From Nitrospirota bacterium (lineage in GTDB: Bacteria; Nitrospirota; Thermodesulfovibrionia; SZUA-242): a stretch of 64,000 bases of DNA. The notes under the pieces were generated by a model. The model saw nothing but the letters and a program-made list of their open reading frames with translations, did no database searches and was not told the DNA's origin. The position numbers and the translations under genes are program-made. Below are positions 56,838-64,000 of the stretch, in pieces; positions within the stretch are counted from its first letter, which is position 1; each line of letters opens with the position of its first letter. Where the stretch lies: contig JACRHH010000035.1 of assembly GCA_016212095.1 (NCBI GenBank), positions 77,948-141,947 on the forward strand, in the 5' to 3' direction.

Positions 56838-57294
56838 CTACGCTTAATCCGCTTCCCTTTACGCTGAAGGTTCTGCCTTCCATCGTGATCGGCTCTTCAG
56901 ACGTGATCGTTCCGGATAAACTGTCCCATCCGGCCCGCTCGGTCGAAAGAGACCATCCGCCTCCCATTATCACCACATCCCCCGCGAAATCCATCGAACG
57001 TCCCGCGAAGTCGTAACGCCCAGCCCTGCTCGTGATCGAAAGCGGCGCGGCTCCGCGCATTTCGAGACGTATGTTTTCAAGATCGGCGCCATTCATGCCG
57101 CGCCCCAGATCCGCGCGCCCGGCCCTTAGTTCCCACTTCGCATCGTTTCCGTCCTGCTGAACGATGGTTATATCCTCCAGCGACGATCCGGCCTTCCAGC
57201 GGGACTGCGGCGCTGCCGTTTCGCGCTTGAAAAGCATGAAGGAAAGGAAAAGGGCTGTTATTAATGCAAATCCTATTCCAATACGCGATTTCAT
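56779..57294 (-). CDS. lptC: LPS export protein LptC
   Basis: N-terminal TM, KWELRA, beta-jellyroll pattern; operon position. Confidence 0.78.
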   Translation of the reverse strand: MKSRIGIGFALITALFLSFMLFKRETAAPQSRWKAGSSLEDITIVQQDGNDAKWELRAGRADLGRGMNGADLENIRLEMRGAAPLSITSRAGRYDFAGRSMDFAGDVVIMGGGWSLSTERAGWDSLSGTITSEEPITMEGRTFSVKGSGLSVDVKTQRAKTSAVTCRFNLL

Positions 57295-57345
57295 ATTATC
57301 ACAGCGCCATGGAATGCGTAAATCCGAAACCGGAATATGACGCCG

Positions 57346-58191
57346 TCATCGGCGCGCCGCAAGCCCGGCCTCCAGCGCGCGCCGCATCGCGTCAACCGGC
57401 GGCTCCGCGCCCGTCCATAAACGGAAGGCAACCGCGCCCTGCCAAAGCAGCATTCCGAGGCCGTTCACGGTTTTCGCGCCATGCTTCCGCGCGGCGGCAA
57501 GAAGCGGCGTTTCAGCAGGATTGTAGATCAGGTCGCAAACGACAAGCTTGTTGTGAATATGCGCCGGATCAACCGGAAGCGCATCTTCGGCGTGCAGGCC
57601 AAGCGATGTTGTATTTACCATAATGTCGAAGCCGGAGAGCGAACCGGCCTCACCCGCCGCCGTGACCGCTTGTTTCGTCCGGTTCAGTTCATCGGCAAGC
57701 GAGGACGCGCGTGATACAGTACGGTTTATTATATGAATCGAGGCCGCACCTGACGCAAGCAGGGCAAACGCCACCGAGCGCGCCGCGCCGCCCGCGCCAA
57801 GCATTATAATCCGCCTGCCGCCAACTGTTACTCCCAGTTCTTTTAACGATTGCACAAACCCCAGGCCATCGGTGTTATAGCCGGTGAGAACGCCGTCGTC
57901 GTTTACTATCGTGTTCACCGCGCCGATGCGCCCGGCCTCGTCGTCAATCCGGTCGAGAAATGGCATCACCGCTTCCTTGTGCGGAACCGTGACGTTAACA
58001 CCGCGAAGCCCAAGCGCCCTGATACCCGCAACCGCCTCGCCAAGCCGCTCCGGAGTGACATGAAACGGCAGATAGCGCCAGTTAAGGCCGAGCGCATCGA
58101 ACGCGGCGTTGTGCATGGCCGGCGAAAGCGTGTGCGAAACAGGATGGCCGAATATGCCGGTTATAACCGTTGTTCCACTGATCCCGATCAT
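57346..58191 (-). CDS. aroE: Shikimate dehydrogenase
   Basis: HTLSPAMHN, NVTVPHK, GAVNT, NTDG, GAGGAA, GMLLWQG. Confidence 0.95.
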   Translation of the reverse strand: MIGISGTTVITGIFGHPVSHTLSPAMHNAAFDALGLNWRYLPFHVTPERLGEAVAGIRALGLRGVNVTVPHKEAVMPFLDRIDDEAGRIGAVNTIVNDDGVLTGYNTDGLGFVQSLKELGVTVGGRRIIMLGAGGAARSVAFALLASGAASIHIINRTVSRASSLADELNRTKQAVTAAGEAGSLSGFDIMVNTTSLGLHAEDALPVDPAHIHNKLVVCDLIYNPAETPLLAAARKHGAKTVNGLGMLLWQGAVAFRLWTGAEPPVDAMRRALEAGLAARR

Positions 58192-59525
58192 CTGCGTTTC
58201 GCCGCCTGTTTGATGCCGTCAATCAAGCCCTCAGGCGTCGGATCGATCACGATGGCCGGGATGCCGAGAGCCTTTTCCACGTCTTCAACCGATACGTCGT
58301 CAAGAAAAACGCCGTCGCCGTCGCGCAGCACAACAGACGGGATCAGCAGCGCGTGCTCGTTTCGCGGGCCATTCCGGGCCGCAAGCTGATTTATCAAATC
58401 CCGGCCTGTTATAAGGCCGGTCACGGTCACGGTATGGCCGAAGAAATCGTTTTTAACCGGAACCACATTCATGCGCAGCCCTGCCGTTCGCGCTTCAAGC
58501 CCGCGCGCCAGTTCCGCAAGCGTCGGATAAAACGACGCGCCGGTGAATGTGAGCAGGTCGGTTACGCGCCGGAGCCTTTTGGGAAGGCCTTGCGGATCGA
58601 AGCGGTCGAGGAAATCCCGCACAAGCCCAACGCCGTTTTCGATCTGCGGGAACTCGCCGTAGATTTCGGAGGGAGGAACCGGCACACAAGCCTTCAAATA
58701 AAACTCGTCTGAGGCATGGACAAACGGATCGTTGAACCGCCTTATGAACTTGCGCTGAAGCCGCTCGATCTGGCGGACGGTTGACCGGGCGAGCTTTTCA
58801 TCAACCGGCTTCAATCCTCCCCTGTGATAGCGTGTAAGGCCCACCGGCACGACGGCAAGCGACTCGACGCCCGGATGCAGGCGGGCAAGCGCGTTGATGG
58901 TTTTTTCGAGGTCGGCGCCGTCGTTTATGTCCGGACACATAACGATCTGCGCATGAATGCGTATTCCGGCGCGAACAAAAGCTTTAATCTCCGCCAGCAC
59001 GTCAACCGGATCGGGCCGCCCAAGCAGAACCTTGCGCCTCTCCATGTCAACCGAATGCACCGAGATGTAGAGCGGACTCAGGTGCTGCTCCAGAATTCGG
59101 GCGCGGTCGGCGTCGGCAAGGTTCGAAAGCGTGACGTAATTTCCAAACAGAAACGAAAGGCGGTAATCCTCGTCCTTCACATAAAGCGTTTTGCGAAGGC
59201 CGCGCGGCATCTGCGCCACGAAGCAGAATATGCACTTGTTGCGGCAGGTTTTGGTTTTGGGCGGCGCAAGCTCGATTCCGGCAGGCTCCCACGGCTGGAG
59301 ATCCAGAAGGATTGCCGGGCCGCCGTCATGCGGGGCGAATTCCAGATCGAAGCGCTCGCCGCAGCGCTCGTACAGGTAGTCGATCACGTCGCGAACCGCG
59401 TGGCCGTTTATGCCCACCAGCCGGTCGCCCGCGCGCACTCCGGCATTCCAGGCACTGGTTCCCGGATCGATGTCGGTCACCTCAACTCCGCGCTGGTTTG
59501 AACGGTTTGACCGGTCAGGCGCCAT
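58188..59525 (-). CDS. DUF512-type PDZ + radical-SAM-like Fe-S protein
   Basis: N-terminal PDZ, CRNKCIFC (CxxxCxxC), LYVKDEDYRLSFLFGNY, QIENGVG. Confidence 0.88.
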   Translation of the reverse strand: MAPDRSNRSNQRGVEVTDIDPGTSAWNAGVRAGDRLVGINGHAVRDVIDYLYERCGERFDLEFAPHDGGPAILLDLQPWEPAGIELAPPKTKTCRNKCIFCFVAQMPRGLRKTLYVKDEDYRLSFLFGNYVTLSNLADADRARILEQHLSPLYISVHSVDMERRKVLLGRPDPVDVLAEIKAFVRAGIRIHAQIVMCPDINDGADLEKTINALARLHPGVESLAVVPVGLTRYHRGGLKPVDEKLARSTVRQIERLQRKFIRRFNDPFVHASDEFYLKACVPVPPSEIYGEFPQIENGVGLVRDFLDRFDPQGLPKRLRRVTDLLTFTGASFYPTLAELARGLEARTAGLRMNVVPVKNDFFGHTVTVTGLITGRDLINQLAARNGPRNEHALLIPSVVLRDGDGVFLDDVSVEDVEKALGIPAIVIDPTPEGLIDGIKQAAKRR

Positions 59526-60063
59526 CCGCCACCTTCAGACCACGGAATATGTATTGAACGCCGGAAACGATGGTTGTAACAAGCACGGCAAGAAACAGGA
59601 TCACCGGATTGCCCGGATTACCCGGATTGTCCCCGAAGTTGACCATGAAAAGAATGTAGGCAAGCAGGGCCGCCTGAAGCGCCATCGCCGCCTTGCCGGT
59701 CTTCGTCACCTCGATAGCCAGCCTGTCGGTGCTCAGATAGAGGATGATCGTTCCGGCGATAACGATGATGTCGCGGCTTAGAACCGTGATCGTGAGCCAG
59801 AGCGGAATCCATTCGAGCATTGTGAATATCACAAACGATGCCACCATCAGCAGTTTGTCGGCAATCGGATCGAGAACCTTGCCGAACTGCGTCTGCTCGT
59901 TTCTCATCCGGGCCGCCATGCCGTCCAGAAGATCGGTTATCGAGGCGGTGACAAACAGGACGAGGGCGTGAAAATGGTAGTGGTACAGAAGCGCCATCAC
60001 GAAAAACGGCACGATCAGCACCCTCGCGATTGTGAGAATGTTCGGAAGGTTTAGAAGACTCAC
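59515..60063 (-). CDS. CDP-alcohol phosphatidyltransferase (PgsA-like)
   Basis: NLPNILT, TDLLDGMAAR, GKVLDPIADK. Confidence 0.92.
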   Translation of the reverse strand: MSLLNLPNILTIARVLIVPFFVMALLYHYHFHALVLFVTASITDLLDGMAARMRNEQTQFGKVLDPIADKLLMVASFVIFTMLEWIPLWLTITVLSRDIIVIAGTIILYLSTDRLAIEVTKTGKAAMALQAALLAYILFMVNFGDNPGNPGNPVILFLAVLVTTIVSGVQYIFRGLKVADGA

Positions 60064-60220
60064 GTGTCACCAGCCTCAGAGAAAATAACATAAACCACCC
60101 ATCCGGCGCATAAGAACACCATATTGCCTTGACAATCCGGAGCGGTTCAGTATTAATTTTAGTTCGCTGGACATCGTATCGCCGCTCCATATTTCAGCGG
60201 CGGTCAACGGAGGGGGATTA

Positions 60221-63200
60221 ATGAAAGACAACTCGTGGTGCGCGCGGCTGTTCCTGCTGTGGGCGATTTTTGCGTGGTTGCAGCCTGAACCGGCTTATGC
60301 CGCCGGTTGGAGCCCTGCCGGGAGCATGACCGTTGGCCGCTTTGGCCACACCTCAATACAGCTTCCAAACGGAAAAATCCTTGCTGCCGGTGGCTGGAAA
60401 AACGGCTACCTGAAAAGCTCCGAGCTTTACAATCCCACCACAAATACATGGAGCAGCGCCGGAAACATGACAACCGCGCGATATTATTACGCAGCTACAT
60501 TGCTGGCCAACGGGAAGGTGCTTGTAACCGGCGGCTGGAACGGCGCTTACCTGAAAAGCGCCGAACTGTTCGATCCGGCAACGAACAGCTGGAGCAGCGC
60601 CGGGAACATGGCAACCGCGCGGGAATATCACACGGCAACCCTGCTTCCAGGCGGAAAGGTTCTGGTAACCGGCGGCTGGAACGGCGCTTACCTTAAAAGC
60701 GTTGAGCTGTACGATCCGGCAACAAACACCTGGAGCAGCGCGCCGAACATGACCGCCACGCGGGAGTACCACACGGCAACGCTGCTTCCGGACGGCAAGG
60801 TGATGGTTGCGGGCGGCTGGAACGGCGGTTACACGGCGGGCACGGAACTGTATGATCCGGCCACGAACACCTGGAGCAGCGCCGCGAATATGATCGTGAT
60901 GCGATATGCGCATACGGCAACACTGCTGCCGGACGGAAAGGTGCTGGCAGCCGGGGGGTATAACGGAGGCGAGCTTGCCGTCGCCGAACTTTATAATCCT
61001 GCTACAAATACATGGAGCAGCGCCGGGAACATGGCAGCTGCGCGTGATTATCACACGGCAACTCTGCTGCCGGACGGACGGGTGCTGGTAACCGGCGGAT
61101 ACAACGGCATTAGCGTGCTTCCCGGCACAGAGCTGTACGATCCGGCCACCAATTCCTGGAGCAGCGCAGGCAACATGGCGTCGGCGCGCCTGTATCACAC
61201 CGCAACCCTGCTTGCGGCAGGAAAGATACTTGTGACCGGCGGCTGGAACAGCATCGACGTTCACGGCAGCTCGGAGGTGTACGACATCGGCACGAATATC
61301 TGGAACAGCGCGGCGGACATGGCTGCCGCGCGACAATACCACACGGCAACGCTTCTGCCGGATGGAAAGGTGCTGGTAACAGGGGGCTGGAATGGCGCAT
61401 TCCTGAGCAGCGCTGAACTCTACGATCCGGCCACGAACTCATGGAGCAACGCGGCAAACATGGCCGCAACGCGACAATACCACACGGCAACGCTTCTGCC
61501 GGATGGAAAGATATTGGTAACCGGCGGCTGGAACGGCGCATATCTGGGCAGCGCGGAACTATACGATCCGGTCACAAACTCATGGAGCGCCGCCGGAAAC
61601 ATGGCCGCCGCAAGGGGATACCATACCGCAACGCTGCTTCCCGGCGGAAAGGTGCTGGTTTTTGGCGGCTACAACGGCGCATACCTGAATAGCGCGGAAC
61701 TCTACGATCCGGTCACAAACTCATGGAACGCCGCCGCAAATTCGTCCATTTCGCGATATGCGCAGACGGCAACATATTTATCGAACGGGAAAGTGCTGGT
61801 TGCGGGTGGCGGGAACGGCGCATATCTAAACAGCGCTGAACTCTATGATCCTGCCACGAACTCATGGAGCAACGCGGCAAACATGGCCACAACGCGGGAA
61901 TATCACACTGCCACGCTGCTGCCCAATGGAAAGGTGCTGGTTGCTGGCGGCTGGAACGGCGCATATCTAAACAGTGCCGAGCTTTACGATCCGGCCACGA
62001 ATACCTGGAGCAGCAGGGCCGGCATGGCAATCGCGAGGGACGGTCATGCGGCGACACTGCTTTCAAACGGGAAAATACTGGTTTCTGGCGGGCATAACGG
62101 CGGATACATAAACGGCCCGGAGCTGTACGACCCCGGCATGAACGCCTGGAGCAACGCCGGGAGCATGGCGGTGGCGCGGGACGGCCACACGGCGACACTG
62201 CTTCCGGGCGGCAAGGTGCTTGTTGCTGGAGGCGGAAACGGAGCCTGCCTGAGCGGCGCGGATCTGTACGATAACGGAACCGGGTTTCAGGAGGCGTGGC
62301 GGCCCGTCATAACCGCCGTCACATATCCTGTTGCCATGGGGCAGCAGCTATATCTGGGCGGCATCGGTTTTCGCGGCATCGGATATGCGGAGGCCTCAAG
62401 CGGATCGTTCAACAGCTCGGCATCCGGCTTTCCGATGGTGCAGATCAGAAGCCTCGACAGCGGGCAACAGCTTTGGCTTGAACCCGATCTGGCCGCCGGT
62501 TTCTCCGCAACCGGATATGCCTCAAAAACATTGATGGATTTTCATGCGGGCCCTGCCCTGATAACGGTATTTGCAAACGGCATCGCAAGCGTGTCGGCAT
62601 ATGCCGTTGTGAACAGGTCTTCATCGGTAACGAGTATAAGTTCGTCGCTCAACCCCTCCACTTGCGGCGCTTCCGTCACATTCTCCGCAACCGTAACCGG
62701 CACTGCGGCAACGCCTTCCGGCTCGGTCACATTCATGGACGGCGGCACGACACTGGGCACGGGAACCCTTTCAAACGGCAACGCGACATTCAGCACCCCG
62801 GCGCTTGCCCTTGGCAGTCATTCGATAACGGCGGTATACGGCGGAGACAGAAACCATGACGCCTCATCGTCTCCGCCTCTCTCGCAGACTGTCGGCAAGG
62901 CTCCGGTCACGATCACTCTGGGCAATACCAGCCATACCTATGACGGCGCGGCAAAGGCGGTTACGACAACCACGAATCCGCCCGGCATCACGGTCAGCAT
63001 AAGCTACACGGACGCGCTGAACAATCCGGTTGCCGCGCCTGTCAACGCGGGAACCTACAACGTTGCGGCGTTCGTCGATAACGAAAACTATCTGGGCAGC
63101 GCCACGGGCGCGTTGACCATTCTGCCCGCCATGCAGACCATCAGCTTCAACCCTCCAACCTACATGCTGAATTACGGCGATCCGCCGCTTGACCTGAGCG

Positions 63201-64000
63201 GATTCGCCGCCGGAGGCGCGTCAGGCAATCCCGTCACCTTCAGCGTGGCAAGCGGCCCAGGTTCATTAAGCGGCAGCCTGCTTACCGTTACGGCATTCGC
63301 GGGCGAAAGCATAGTCATCAGGGCGTCCCAGGCCGCAAGCGCCAATTATCTCGCGGCGACCGACGTCGAAAAGAGCATCGCGACAAGCGACAGCGTGCCC
63401 AATTCATTCAGCTTCACGGCCCAGACAGGCGTTGCGTTAAACAGCATTGCAACCTCGAACACGATCACCGTTTCCGGAATCAACGCGGTTTCGTCAATCT
63501 CGGTAACTGGTGGCGAGTATTCCGTTAACGGCGGCGCTTTCACGTCCATATCCGGAACGGTTGCAAACGGCAATACTGTGAGGTTGCGTCTTGCTTCCTC
63601 ATCTGCCTACACGACTACAACAAGCGCGACTTTGACCATCGGCGGCGTGACCGGAACCTTCAACGTAACCACGATTGACGACACCACTCCCGATCCGTTT
63701 AGTTTCACGGCCCAGAGCGGCGTTGCGCTAAACACGCTTGTCACCTCGAACACGATAACCGTTTCCGGAATCAACGCGGGTTCGTCCATACTGGTAACGG
63801 GCGGCCAATACTCGATAAACGGCGGCGCGTTTACTTTCACGACCGGAACGGTGTACAACGGCAATACGGTTCAGGTGCGCCTGACTTCCGCGACCACCTT
63901 CTCCACAACAAAAAGCGCAACGCTGACAATCGGCGGCGTGACCGGAACATTCAGCGTAACCACCCTTGGCGACACCGTGCCCGACGCATTCAGCTTCACG
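60221..64000 (+). CDS. Large secreted Kelch-repeat / Ig-like surface protein (truncated by window end; absent from ORF track)
   Basis: GGAGGGGG RBS, signal peptide ending AYA, 14 Kelch repeats (HTATLLPDGKVLVTGGWNG...AELYDPATNTW), Big_3-like and MBG-like domains, 291-nt tandem repeats; frame consistent at checkpoints to 64000. Confidence 0.9.
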   Translation, partial: MKDNSWCARLFLLWAIFAWLQPEPAYAAGWSPAGSMTVGRFGHTSIQLPNGKILAAGGWKNGYLKSSELYNPTTNTWSSAGNMTTARYYYAATLLANGKVLVTGGWNGAYLKSAELFDPATNSWSSAGNMATAREYHTATLLPGGKVLVTGGWNGAYLKSVELYDPATNTWSSAPNMTATREYHTATLLPDGKVMVAGGWNGGYTAGTELYDPATNTWSSAANMIVMRYAHTATLLPDGKVLAAGGYNGGELAVAELYNPATNTWSSAGNMAAARDYHTATLLPDGRVLVTGGYNGISVLPGTELYDPATNSWSSAGNMASARLYHTATLLAAGKILVTGGWNSIDVHGSSEVYDIGTNIWNSAADMAAARQYHTATLLPDGKVLVTGGWNGAFLSSAELYDPATNSWSNAANMAATRQYHTATLLPDGKILVTGGWNGAYLGSAELYDPVTNSWSAAGNMAAARGYHTATLLPGGKVLVFGGYNGAYLNSAELYDPVTNSWNAAANSSISRYAQTATYLSNGKVLVAGGGNGAYLNSAELYDPATNSWSNAANMATTREYHTATLLPNGKVLVAGGWNGAYLNSAELYDPATNTWSSRAGMAIARDGHAATLLSNGKILVSGGHNGGYINGPELYDPGMNAWSNAGSMAVARDGHTATLLPGGKVLVAGGGNGACLSGADLYDNGTGFQEAWRPVITAVTYPVAMGQQLYLGGIGFRGIGYAEASSGSFNSSASGFPMVQIRSLDSGQQLWLEPDLAAGFSATGYASKTLMDFHAGPALITVFANGIASVSAYAVVNRSSSVTSISSSLNPSTCGASVTFSATVTGTAATPSGSVTFMDGGTTLGTGTLSNGNATFSTPALALGSHSITAVYGGDRNHDASSSPPLSQTVGKAPVTITLGNTSHTYDGAAKAVTTTTNPPGITVSISYTDALNNPVAAPVNAGTYNVAAFVDNENYLGSATGALTILPAMQTISFNPPTYMLNYGDPPLDLSGFAAGGASGNPVTFSVASGPGSLSGSLLTVTAFAGESIVIRASQAASANYLAATDVEKSIATSDSVPNSFSFTAQTGVALNSIATSNTITVSGINAVSSISVTGGEYSVNGGAFTSISGTVANGNTVRLRLASSSAYTTTTSATLTIGGVTGTFNVTTIDDTTPDPFSFTAQSGVALNTLVTSNTITVSGINAGSSILVTGGQYSINGGAFTFTTGTVYNGNTVQVRLTSATTFSTTKSATLTIGGVTGTFSVTTLGDTVPDAFSFT

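Noticed and set aside
60300..62275. Repeats as a DGR template/variable region or CRISPR; antisense ORFs such as 60353-61342
   Set aside because: The ~141-nt periodicity is explained by coding Kelch repeats; differences are not adenine-specific and no intact reverse transcriptase is present. The minus-strand ORFs are shadows.

Overview
A 64 kb GC-rich bacterial chromosomal segment, mostly housekeeping genes. Gene content and order suggest a Nitrospirota/deltaproteobacteria-like organism (inference). It carries guaBA-rluB-aspS, an HtrA protease, yajQ, pilMNOPQ followed by two Ig-like lipoproteins and aroC-aroKB, mutL-miaA, argG-dprA-topA, a TPP-riboswitch thiSG-(orf)-thiECD operon, efp/maf/dus/prfC, rbfA-nrnA-truB, tRNA-Lys and tRNA-Glu, a PD40 lipoprotein with an M1/M28/PDZ peptidase, and lptCAB-rpoN-hpf-rapZ. 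A large secreted Kelch/Ig protein runs off the right end. Signals the ORF track misses: (1) a pentaheme cytochrome c split by an in-frame TGA followed by a SECIS-like hairpin, i.e. a solitary ExtKL-type selenoprotein (24125-25411); (2) the 3' remnant of a group IIC-attC intron fused to the stop codon of an AT-rich toxin-antitoxin pair, suggesting a fossil integron cassette; (3) a diverged ~95 bp duplication of the leader/RBS/N-terminus shared by two unrelated genes next to tRNA-Glu; (4) several micro-duplications at gene junctions, one creating a 6-codon coupling ORF between lptA and lptB; (5) two REP-like palindrome families; and five separate TA modules.
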